DNA of 64,000 nucleotides from Desulfatiglandales bacterium (GCA_963667015.2 CAXXJJ010000004.1:736001-800000), one strand, 5' to 3'. Positions 55,142-62,975 are shown, numbered from the stretch's first letter. Translations and numbers: made by a program. The notes: generated from the sequence alone by a model not told the origin.

Positions 55142-55717
55142 TCAATCAGTTGCATCACCATCACTGATTTTTATCGGAGCGATAAGGCCTCCCATTTTCC
55201 CTGCTTTAAAAATCAGGTTATCATTGTACCAGCCCACATCACAGTTATACATTTGAGCCAGGTCTTTAAAATGGGCATATTCAATTGTTTTATTGATGGG
55301 CATGTGTTTTATAAGGTTCCCGTATGACTTGGACAGATAACCGGCACCCAGGGCGATCTGGACATCAATCTGCTCGTAAAGTTTATCGGGCCAGGTTTCT
55401 TTCCAGTCGGGGAAAAATGCATCCGATAGATTAGCACCCATATCACCCAGATGAATTTCCGATGAGGATGATTTTATAACCTCATAACAGTGTCCGGCTG
55501 CAAAAACCCCCGAATCATCAACTGAATAAATGTGAATTCTATGAGCATCCATACCAACCAGGTTAGCGCCATCATAAAAAATATACTCCACTGGCCTTTT
55601 GTCATCGGTTTTGGTGCGGGCCTTATCGACGAACTTCAGACCGTCAAATACTGCATCGTCAATGTATTCTTCCCGCCCTTCCAGCCCCCAGATTATTATT
55701 TTTTTTGATTTTGACAT
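55142..55717 (-). CDS. Shortened, divergent beta-sliding-clamp (DnaN)-like protein
   Basis: VGMDAHRI ~ VATDGHRL; FFPDWKETWP ~ RFPDYRRVLP; C-terminal LIAPIKI ~ VVMPMRL. Confidence 0.55.
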   Translation of the reverse strand: MSKSKKIIIWGLEGREEYIDDAVFDGLKFVDKARTKTDDKRPVEYIFYDGANLVGMDAHRIHIYSVDDSGVFAAGHCYEVIKSSSSEIHLGDMGANLSDAFFPDWKETWPDKLYEQIDVQIALGAGYLSKSYGNLIKHMPINKTIEYAHFKDLAQMYNCDVGWYNDNLIFKAGKMGGLIAPIKISDGDATD

Positions 55718-55726
55718 GCCTCCCCC

Positions 55727-56509
55727 CTACAAATAACTATTAAGCTTTTCCCAAAAGCGTTTTTCAAAATTCTCGTAAAATGTTTTGGTGGCTATTCCGT
55801 AAAAATCAAGGAGCGGTTTTATGGTTTTTCTCTTTTCCTGAACCAGAATGGACTCCAATCCCCTGGCCCGGATCACCGTCTTTCTTTTACCGCGCTGATA
55901 GGTCTTGCTCCGGTCTGCGAATGTTTTTTTGGTTTTCGCGCCGAAACCCCTGGCTGTCTGGATGCGTTTATAAACACCAGGGAATAATCTTCCGTGACGT
56001 TTTGTAATCAGTACATAATCCCGCTCTTTAGTGTTTGTCTTCCTCGACCGGTCTGTAATATTTGCGGAATATCCGGAAACATGCTCCGCCCTACCAAGTA
56101 CTGATAAAATCTGCCTTATCTGCCCTGCACTGATATTTCCATACTGATTAATCTTTGCTCCCCTCCCGGGTGAGAGCTTACCTATCTTCAACGCCTGTTC
56201 AAACCCTTTAAGCTTCCTGGTTCCCCCTTCCACCTGCGATACAAGGTAATGCTCTCCCATTCGGGCCGGTTCCTTGAACCATACCTCGGCGGAAAGGTCA
56301 TTAGCCTGGGCATATTTAACTTTCAGGCTGTTAAGTGTATAACGGGTGGGCTTATCAAAAACCGCTGACATTTCTGCCTGTACCACGGGCTTAATATCAT
56401 GCTTTGCAGTCATGCTCAGAGCTATAGCGCATGCTTTATGCGCCTTGCCAGGCAATACTCTTAAGGCGGTTTGAACGTCCGACATGCCTCTAATATCCAG
56501 TGTAATCAT
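55727..56509 (-). CDS. Basic phage protein (tail-completion/minor-tail-like family)
   Basis: MITLDIRG...ALSMTA...FDKPTRYTLNSL...QVEGGTR...LDFYGIA pattern recalled from prophage proteins. Confidence 0.55.
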   Translation of the reverse strand: MITLDIRGMSDVQTALRVLPGKAHKACAIALSMTAKHDIKPVVQAEMSAVFDKPTRYTLNSLKVKYAQANDLSAEVWFKEPARMGEHYLVSQVEGGTRKLKGFEQALKIGKLSPGRGAKINQYGNISAGQIRQILSVLGRAEHVSGYSANITDRSRKTNTKERDYVLITKRHGRLFPGVYKRIQTARGFGAKTKKTFADRSKTYQRGKRKTVIRARGLESILVQEKRKTIKPLLDFYGIATKTFYENFEKRFWEKLNSYL

Positions 56510-56568
56510 ATCACCTTCTCTGGCACCGCGGCCTTACGGGTTTTCCTTAAATCACTATTATAGGTAAG

Positions 56569-56631
56569 ACCCACGCCACACACCTGCAGGCAGAGTTTGT
56601 GGCCCTTGCATGCGGGGTGCATGGCGTGGGT
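56569..56631. repeat. Long imperfect inverted repeat downstream of the element's dnaA
   Basis: ACCCACGCCA (56569-56578) / TGGCGTGGGT (56622-56631), with further imperfect inner pairing. Confidence 0.7.
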
Positions 56632-56686
56632 ACAGAAGGGCAAAAAAAAACAGTCATCAGTTTTAATACTTTTTTTAATGACTGTT

Positions 56687-58042
56687 TCACTGGTTTACCA
56701 GCAACCGTTCCTGCAGGAAAGCAGCCTCTTTTTTAGCAGTTCTTCCCTGTTTAATGGCTTTTTCGATAACTTCGCTGGCATATATTACTGTAGAATGTTT
56801 TCTCTTTATTGATAAGCCTATATCTTCCAGAGTGGCTTCCGTATATTGCCTGCATAAATAGACAAACATGTTACGGGGATGAGAATAAATCTTTTTCCGT
56901 GACTTAGCCTCCAGCATGACAGGATCAATTTTATAGTATTGGCAGATAAGATCCCGCACATGATAAATGGTTATGCCGTGATGTTTGGGCAGGTAATAAC
57001 GCAGTATAGACTGAACACTCTGCTTATCAACCGGAGTTTTATTAAAGTCGGTGTGAGCCTTTATACATTTTAAAATACTTTCTATATACCTGACATCCTG
57101 AGTAAGTTTATCTGCGAGCATTTCCACAATTTCAGGCGCTATATCCAGGCCCATTTCCCTGGATTTTTTTACAATGATGTTACGGCGTGTAGTTTGGTCA
57201 GGTTTTTTAATTTCAGACATCAAGCCTGAACTGAACCTGGACAACAATTCATTATTCAAATTGGGAATTTCACGGGGAAGTAAAGAACTCGTAAAAACTA
57301 TTTTTTTATCGGCATTAAAAAGTGCATCCAGAGTGTATAACAGCTCTGTTTGACATTTGCTTTTTCCTCCCAGAAAGTGAACATCCTCCAGGATTAAAAA
57401 ATCACATGATCGTCGATATCTGGCCTTGAACTCTTCCATTGAATTAGTTCTTAGCGCTCTTGTAAGCCCGTTTAAAAAATCCTCTGCAGTAATATAACAT
57501 GCCCGTAACTGTGGATTTTGTAAAAACAGGTAATTACCCATAGCCTGTGACAAATGACTTTTACCCAGACCGGTACTGGATGATATAAATAATGAACAGG
57601 CCGCACACGAAGGATCTGCCACCATCGCCTTTGCCACCGCATAAGCAAACTCGTTACAATGGCCTACCACAAATCTCTCAAAGTTGAGATCCTTTCTGAA
57701 TGCCCGATTAAAAGTGGTTTTTTCCGGCATGTTAGGCAATCTTAACTGCCTCGATACAAGAGCATTTTCACGCGGAGAGACTTTATTATTTTCGAGGATA
57801 GTTAGCTGTAATTTAATATTTCGGCCTGTTATCCGATTGCATGCTTTTTCCAACAGAGATTTGTAGTGCTCTGTAATCCAGGTTAACGAAAACTTATTAG
57901 GGCAGCCTACAGTAAGACAATCCCGGCTTTCATCAACCTGGGTTAAAGGAGCAAGCCACCTTTGATAACTGTGTGCAGGAATTTTGCTCTGGATTTGGGT
58001 TTTGATTGACTGTAATAGAATGCTCATGGATGGTTTTTTCAA
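56687..58042 (-). CDS. dnaA: Full-length DnaA-family replication initiator inside the element
   Basis: Domain I RWLAPL/PNKFSLTWI; AAA+ FERFVVGHCN, STGLGKSHL, ILEDVHFL, LLSRF, DVR; domain IV SRKK..PRNMFVYL..LEDIG..RKHSTVIYA. Confidence 0.9.
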   Translation of the reverse strand: MKKPSMSILLQSIKTQIQSKIPAHSYQRWLAPLTQVDESRDCLTVGCPNKFSLTWITEHYKSLLEKACNRITGRNIKLQLTILENNKVSPRENALVSRQLRLPNMPEKTTFNRAFRKDLNFERFVVGHCNEFAYAVAKAMVADPSCAACSLFISSSTGLGKSHLSQAMGNYLFLQNPQLRACYITAEDFLNGLTRALRTNSMEEFKARYRRSCDFLILEDVHFLGGKSKCQTELLYTLDALFNADKKIVFTSSLLPREIPNLNNELLSRFSSGLMSEIKKPDQTTRRNIIVKKSREMGLDIAPEIVEMLADKLTQDVRYIESILKCIKAHTDFNKTPVDKQSVQSILRYYLPKHHGITIYHVRDLICQYYKIDPVMLEAKSRKKIYSHPRNMFVYLCRQYTEATLEDIGLSIKRKHSTVIYASEVIEKAIKQGRTAKKEAAFLQERLLVNQ

Positions 58043-58266
58043 TTCTGCTTTTTATGGTCGCCTGCCAGTTCTTTTTTCTTCAGGTCATATAACCAGCCGG
58101 GCATGTCAGCAACTCTTTCACCCTGATCGTTTACTTGTATCTTCACCAGTTTTGTTGGCAGCCAGATAACCCTGCCGCAATCCAGTCTCACCTGTGTTCC
58201 TTTGCCTCTTCTGGTTAAAACTTCCAGTATCCTGAGCTGTTTTCTTGATTGACGACCCGCCATCAC
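58039..58266 (-). CDS. Small phage hypothetical protein
   Basis: 4-bp overlaps with both neighbours; IWLP...MPGWL pattern. Confidence 0.65.
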   Translation of the reverse strand: MMAGRQSRKQLRILEVLTRRGKGTQVRLDCGRVIWLPTKLVKIQVNDQGERVADMPGWLYDLKKKELAGDHKKQN

Positions 58267-58595
58267 CTGCTGCCTCCTGCAGCTTCGTGAAAATATCCGT
58301 GAAGGGGAAGGCCCAGGAATGCATCAAAAGCCTCATTCTGCTGCCGGTGGATTTCGTCACACACCATACGCCGGTGTTCATTGTAACAATCCTCGATGAT
58401 TGCCTCGTCAGTAACTTCGCCGCAAAAACAATACACATCCAGGTGCCAGTCGTAACCCACCCAAACCTGCCTGCCGTTTATTTCCTGCCAATGGGCGTCA
58501 ACAGGAATAAATGCCCACCAGATCCGCCCGCCGCACTCTTTGCATTTGTGCTGGCTGTAGTAAATGGGGGTTATGGTTTGGGGTTTGTGGTTCAT
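58263..58595 (-). CDS. Phage hypothetical protein, possible Zn-binding
   Basis: CKEC...CFC; AGGA RBS; stop overlaps the next start. Confidence 0.6.
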   Translation of the reverse strand: MNHKPQTITPIYYSQHKCKECGGRIWWAFIPVDAHWQEINGRQVWVGYDWHLDVYCFCGEVTDEAIIEDCYNEHRRMVCDEIHRQQNEAFDAFLGLPLHGYFHEAAGGSR

Positions 58596-58650
58596 ATGTT
58601 TTTCCTAACAGCCTACAGTCTAAACTGCTTCAGCCTGCTTTTCTCACAGC

Positions 58651-58867
58651 TCCGCCCTTTCAATTACATTTATCCTGTGAAATGCAGCTTTGCTGCCCCC
58701 AAAGGGGATTTAACTGGGTGAATTCAAAATTCAAGATTTGTCGTGCCGCCCCGGTCACCCTCCCGGTTTAAAATCTTCCGGGGCAACACGACTCTCTATG
58801 CGGGCTGGACAGGAACGGACCCTGAATGCATCCTCCGGAATGTATCCGGATAACCTGACCACTACCC
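58651..58867 (-). ncRNA. Candidate structured non-coding RNA in the early operon
   Basis: Three adjacent folded domains, including a 15-bp stem (58740-58792) whose two G-U pairs form only on the minus strand. Confidence 0.4.
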
Positions 58868-58881
58868 TGGGATACTGCTGA

Positions 58882-59019
58882 TCATTGATCATCCTCTCCA
58901 AATACGCTGTCAGTCAGCTCCCAAAACACTCTGAATGCACATACTGTTAAAATAACTGCCATGGCAGGGCCAATGATTTGCCAATGGTCACTTATAAACA
59001 TCACCAGATCCAGCATCAT
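58882..59019 (-). CDS. 45-aa single-TM membrane peptide (below the ORF-track cutoff)
   Basis: MMLDLVMFISDHWQIIGPAMAVILTVCAFRVFWELTDSVFGEDDQ*; ATGA overlap with the upstream ORF. Confidence 0.55.
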   Translation of the reverse strand: MMLDLVMFISDHWQIIGPAMAVILTVCAFRVFWELTDSVFGEDDQ

Positions 59020-59219
59020 GGCGCAACTCTCTCAGCATTAACCTCTGCTTCCAGTTCTTCGGCCCTTGCCTCGTTCCTGGATAAAACTCCGCTCACGTGG
59101 CCTTGCCAGTCTTCAAGGTATGTCTGCAGCTTTATTGCTTCGTTGATACATCTAAACCAGGTGGCTGTCTTCAGCTTGTCTGCGTTGCTCATTTTTATAT
59201 CCGGATTATATGCTGGCAA
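59016..59219 (-). CDS. Small phage hypothetical protein
   Basis: 67 aa with AGGAG RBS, coupled to its neighbours. Confidence 0.55.
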   Translation of the reverse strand: MPAYNPDIKMSNADKLKTATWFRCINEAIKLQTYLEDWQGHVSGVLSRNEARAEELEAEVNAERVAP

Positions 59220-59520
59220 GGAGGCTCCTTTCTTGACCTGTTAAACCTGTCTGTTTAACCGGGTCAGTCGCCGCATGGGGCACAGGGCGCGGCGCATTGG
59301 GTTTGATGATCACTGATCTGTGTTTGCGTTTCGCACGGTCCGCTGCCAATATGGCGGCACTGCATCGCGGGCACATATCGTTTGTAATGATTCGACCGAA
59401 CTTTTTTAAAGAGTTCTGGTTTGCTTCAACCCGCGCGTCAAATAACCGGGTACCGAGTTCATCATCGCACCATGCACAGTATCTGTGTGCTACTACCAGG
59501 TTTGATATTGCTGTAACCAT
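59206..59520 (-). CDS. Phage hypothetical protein with two CxxC motifs
   Basis: CAWC...CPRC; start set at ATG 59520 after GAGGGG. Confidence 0.55.
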   Translation of the reverse strand: MVTAISNLVVAHRYCAWCDDELGTRLFDARVEANQNSLKKFGRIITNDMCPRCSAAILAADRAKRKHRSVIIKPNAPRPVPHAATDPVKQTGLTGQERSLLASI

Positions 59521-59761
59521 TTCCGCCCCTCTTTTATTAACGATGAAAAACTTTTTTAAAGGCTGAATAAAACAAAACCACAACACATGTAATAACCGCT
59601 ATTACTATTAAATTGCTGATTACTGTCATATTGCCCCCTGCTAACTCTCTGATTTTTTTACGGTATACCGATGTGACACAAAATTGATTAAATATGTCAT
59701 CCGAATATACCGGAGTATCCGAAGGTATACGTGACAGGGCAAAAAAATTTTTGATACCCTG

Positions 59762-60004
59762 TCATTTAAAAAGATCACTTAATTTTTCATCACCACGGAG
59801 TTCAGCCATGAAAACATTGCCTATAGATTTTTGCATACCTTCAACAACAAACTGGAATGCCAGTTTTGCCCTGTCGGTCCCGTATTTTTTTGCAAGTTCA
59901 TCAAGCAGGTTAATAAATGAATCAGAACATGGGATTGTCACCCGGGCAGTTTTTTTCTCAGAAGAGATTCTTTCTTTAAAGTTTAACGATAACTGCATGG
60001 CCAT
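59762..60004 (-). CDS. Ribbon-helix-helix-like DNA-binding protein
   Basis: RVTIPCSDSFINLLDELAKKYGTDRAKLAFQFVVEG strand-helix-helix pattern. Confidence 0.6.
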   Translation of the reverse strand: MAMQLSLNFKERISSEKKTARVTIPCSDSFINLLDELAKKYGTDRAKLAFQFVVEGMQKSIGNVFMAELRGDEKLSDLFK

Positions 60005-60077
60005 AATATTTAATGTTCCCTTTTACGATTGCATCTTGGTCAAAATTACGTTATCAATAACGGTATTGGGTAATATA

Positions 60078-60305
60078 TCAGGCAGCGGATTTTTGCCTGG
60101 CCTCTCTGTGTTTCACAGCAGCAGGGAAAACGTCATTAATATTTTTGTCTATTTTTTTACATATGAATTTCATAAGGGGAAAAGATCCTTTACCCTCATG
60201 AATTACACGGGTGACATGAAATTGGGAGCATCCATAAGCATGCGCAATGCTCTTTTGTGTTTCTCCGGACTTTTTTATTTCGGCCTGTATGTCGGCTGGA
60301 TGCAT
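60078..60305 (-). CDS. Ner/Cro-like HTH transcriptional regulator
   Basis: MHPADIQAEIKKSGETQKSIA...INDVFP resembles Mu Ner; AAGGAG RBS. Confidence 0.8.
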   Translation of the reverse strand: MHPADIQAEIKKSGETQKSIAHAYGCSQFHVTRVIHEGKGSFPLMKFICKKIDKNINDVFPAAVKHREARQKSAA

Positions 60306-60327
60306 GGTTTTACTCCTTTAACTTTAT

Positions 60328-60348
60328 CCCGGCGCAGAATACGAAGCC
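60328..60348 (-). repeat. Leader hairpin, copy 1 of a 21-bp direct repeat
   Basis: CCCGGCGCAGAATACGAAGCC; 20/21 identical to 61016-61036. Confidence 0.75.
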
Positions 60349-60370
60349 GGACTCTTAAATTTGGTGAAGC

Positions 60371-60751
60371 ATGGGAAAAAATCTTACTGTTAAAAAATTA
60401 AAAACCTTTTTAGGCTCTGTTGCTCCGGAAACTAAAATCACTTTTGGTTCTTCCAGGTACAGCATGAAACCGCTTATATTTAATAAGGTTGAGTTTGAAG
60501 ATAACAGAATCCTCTATATTCACCTTATAGAACTGGACGATATGAACGGGGATGCAATCCCTCAAAGCGAACATGAACTAAGGATAACAGCATCGTTCCT
60601 GCTGGATCTTATAAAACAATATCCAGATATAGCTGTAGTCAGCTTTGGATCGACCATGAGTGATGCCATGCACCTGAATTTTAATGAAATATCGTCTGTC
60701 ATCGCTATTGACCTTGTTCAGCCGGATCAGCAAGGGAGTATTGAGCTATAA
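60371..60751 (+). CDS. Hypothetical protein with internal duplication
   Basis: LTVKKLKTFLGSVAPETKITFGSS..PLIFNKV versus ITASFLLDLIKQYPDIAVVSFGST..HLNFNEI. Confidence 0.6.
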   Translation: MGKNLTVKKLKTFLGSVAPETKITFGSSRYSMKPLIFNKVEFEDNRILYIHLIELDDMNGDAIPQSEHELRITASFLLDLIKQYPDIAVVSFGSTMSDAMHLNFNEISSVIAIDLVQPDQQGSIEL

Positions 60752-61001
60752 TTTTTATTACCTGGGCTATATGTATAGATTCACCGTTCTCAGTTACTAA
60801 ATATATTTGCCCCCTTGTGTCGTCGTCATAAACGTTTATGCGTATGGCTTTTGATTTTATTATTTCACTCTCGTTTCGTCGGCGGTAAGTTATTTCATTA
60901 CCGAGATAGCTTTTAGCTTTATTCAATAAGACCAGGGCTTGATCTCGTAACTGTGAAAACATATTTTCATCGAGTATGGTTTCGTTAATTTTCTGTTTCA
61001 T
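60705..61001 (-). CDS. Hypothetical protein, first gene of the leftward operon
   Basis: 98 aa with AAGGG RBS; convergent overlap with the 60371 ORF. Confidence 0.55.
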   Translation of the reverse strand: MKQKINETILDENMFSQLRDQALVLLNKAKSYLGNEITYRRRNESEIIKSKAIRINVYDDDTRGQIYLVTENGESIHIAQVIKIIAQYSLADPAEQGQ

Positions 61002-61015
61002 GTTTTACCCTTTTC

Positions 61016-61036
61016 CCCGGCGCAGAATGCGAAGCC
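61016..61036 (-). repeat. Leader hairpin, copy 2 of a 21-bp direct repeat
   Basis: CCCGGCGCAGAATGCGAAGCC. Confidence 0.75.
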
Positions 61037-61085
61037 TGGCTGTTTTTTTAAATTTAACGTTTATATTTAACGGTAATTAACAACG

Positions 61086-61114
61086 ATAATACATTTGTGG
61101 GTGTATTGTGTCAA
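61086..61114 (-). promoter_or_regulatory. Near-consensus sigma70 promoter for the leftward operon with overlapping operator
   Basis: Minus strand TTGACA (61114-61109), 17 bp, TATTAT (61091-61086); palindrome AATACA-N8-TGTATT at 61088-61107. Confidence 0.7.
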
Positions 61115-61608
61115 GAAAAAAAATACACGTTGAACTGAATATTGATGGTTGTTTGGATCGGTTTAAGAGTGCTTTAGCTATTAAGTCTGATGCTGATATA
61201 GCAAAACTACTTGATATTTCGACACAAAATTTATCAAACAAGAAAAAAGGCGGAACTCTAATAGTTGACTTACTAGAATTTGCTATAAACTCTAAAATGA
61301 ACATCAATTGGTTGCTTTTTGGCGATGATTATGAAAAAACCAGGTCCGAAGATAAAATTATTAACAAAATGCAAAATGATCCCTATAAGGATCTGATTAC
61401 AAAAACAAGAACAGTCCTTGAATCAAAAACAGGATATTCAAGTTCACTTGCAATGAATATTGAATCTTTTCATGAATCAGTAGTTACACTGGAAAAAGTT
61501 GAAAATCTCGAAAAAGATGTGAAGGAATTAAAAAGCACAGTTAAAAAACTTTCTACCAACGGGAGGGAGAAAGAAGAAATTAGTGTAGCCCAGAATGCGG
61601 GCAATTAA
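61108..61608 (+). CDS. Phage CI-like repressor (N-terminal HTH, no obvious S24 peptidase domain)
   Basis: LDRFKSALAIKSDADIAKLLDISTQNLSNKKKGG...ININWLLFG; divergent from ner; start uncertain. Confidence 0.8.
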   Translation: MSRKKIHVELNIDGCLDRFKSALAIKSDADIAKLLDISTQNLSNKKKGGTLIVDLLEFAINSKMNINWLLFGDDYEKTRSEDKIINKMQNDPYKDLITKTRTVLESKTGYSSSLAMNIESFHESVVTLEKVENLEKDVKELKSTVKKLSTNGREKEEISVAQNAGN

Positions 61609-61789
61609 GTAACCCCGGGCGGTTTATATGCCGCCGATCCGTCCGGGGTAAAACCATCTGTTTTCACCGGTATCGCAAGCACCGGCGGCAACCTTTTTAA
61701 TATTTTTTTTAAGTCTTGTTATATCAATTCCGATATATAGTTTACCCCTCTTTTTTTATCAAAACTTTAATTAAAAAGGAGAAAACGAA

Positions 61790-62239
61790 ATGGGATATAT
61801 CGAAAAAAATCTTATAAAGGATGAGTCTGTAGTATATCGTGCAAAATTACATTGGATTATCTTCATATGGCCTGTCATATGGTTCTTACTGGCCCTTATT
61901 AGTTTTGCTTATAGCTCAGATACCTCGGCTGCAGCATTTTCAATATTTTTTATATTGGCTATAGTTTCAGGAATTTCTGTTTTGATTACCTTTTTAACTT
62001 CTGAATTTGGTGTTACTAATAAGCGCATCATCGCAAAAACAGGCTTTATTCGTCGCAATTCGATTGAGATATTATTAAAAAAAGTAGAAGGCATAAAAGT
62101 AAATCAGGGCATACTCGGTCGCATATTTAATTATGGGACAATAACCGTTTCCGGCACTGGTGGGGCTCAGGATCCTTTCAAAAAAATCTCATGCCCTCTG
62201 ACACTTAGGAATCAAGTACAAAGTTGCCTGATGGAATAA
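61790..62239 (+). CDS. Membrane protein with bacterial PH domain
   Basis: Two TM helices then EFGVTNKRII..KTGFIRR..QGILGRIFNYGTI; AAGGAG RBS. Confidence 0.82.
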   Translation: MGYIEKNLIKDESVVYRAKLHWIIFIWPVIWFLLALISFAYSSDTSAAAFSIFFILAIVSGISVLITFLTSEFGVTNKRIIAKTGFIRRNSIEILLKKVEGIKVNQGILGRIFNYGTITVSGTGGAQDPFKKISCPLTLRNQVQSCLME

Positions 62240-62587
62240 TCTTTATTGTAAAGGAATTTTCCACAAAGAGGATTCGATAAAGCAATACCTTGATAAAGGT
62301 TAAGCTCTTTCTTACCTTACTGATCGAAATCTATGCTTTTGAGGCGATTCAGACTGTTATGATTAATAGCAGAAACCTTAAGTTTCAAAAAATTAAAACT
62401 TACATCTGGTATTGTTAAAATATTAGTGACAGACTTGATGGATAGAATAATTATTGTTTAGCACAATATTCTATGGCTTTATTATCGCTAGGTTTTGCCA
62501 AATTTTAAAGTATCTTTTGAACTACACATTAATAATTTAAAATTCTGCGGTCACTTCACTCAAAAGGTATTTTCGAATATTTTTCAA

Positions 62588-62960
62588 TCATAATTCAATG
62601 TACTGTGCATCGATCATTGCTGCATATAAATATCTAGAAATAATCCCAAGTGCAAGGTGGTAGTTAAGTGCTTGATGGGAGGCTTTTCCTCGCTCTTGTG
62701 CAATCGCCTGGATTTTATATGACACTCCTTCAATTAAACTATTGATTCCTTCTTTTTCACGTAAGTTATGAATACCATCAACTATCATTCGCCGAATACT
62801 TGATCCTCTGTAAGATTGAGTTCTCCAACTTTACATCTTATAGATCCTAAGAGATCAACAATGCCATCATCTAAATAACTAATTTTCTCATCTTCACAAG
62901 CCTTTTTTTACAAACTGCCAGTCATTCTGCAATTTATCTAAAGAGAAAAATGGCGATTTT
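62588..62960 (-). pseudogene. Possible frameshifted gene remnant
   Basis: The 66-aa ORF 62588-62788 appears to extend upstream through two frame changes (..LQNDWQFVKK / ACEDEKISYLDDG..). Confidence 0.3.
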
Positions 62961-62975
62961 AGTTTAAAGTATCTT

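Noticed and set aside
56687..58042. This dnaA marking the chromosomal origin
   Set aside because: No full-length dnaN, recF, gyrB or rpmH nearby, no DnaA-box cluster, and phage-like flanking genes.
58651..58867. tRNA or hammerhead ribozyme in the structured region
   Set aside because: No T-loop/CCA signature and no CUGAUGA core found.
59537..59630. Possible short TM peptide (..QQFIVIAVITCVVVLFYSAFKKVFHR*) on the minus strand
   Set aside because: The nearby ATG with RBS is out of frame, so it cannot be supported without assuming a frameshift.
59694..60401. 235-aa plus-strand ORF
   Set aside because: Antisense shadow of the RHH and Ner-like genes, which have clear motifs.
62257..62265. DnaA-box-like TTTTCCACA
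   Set aside because: A single isolated match, expected by chance.
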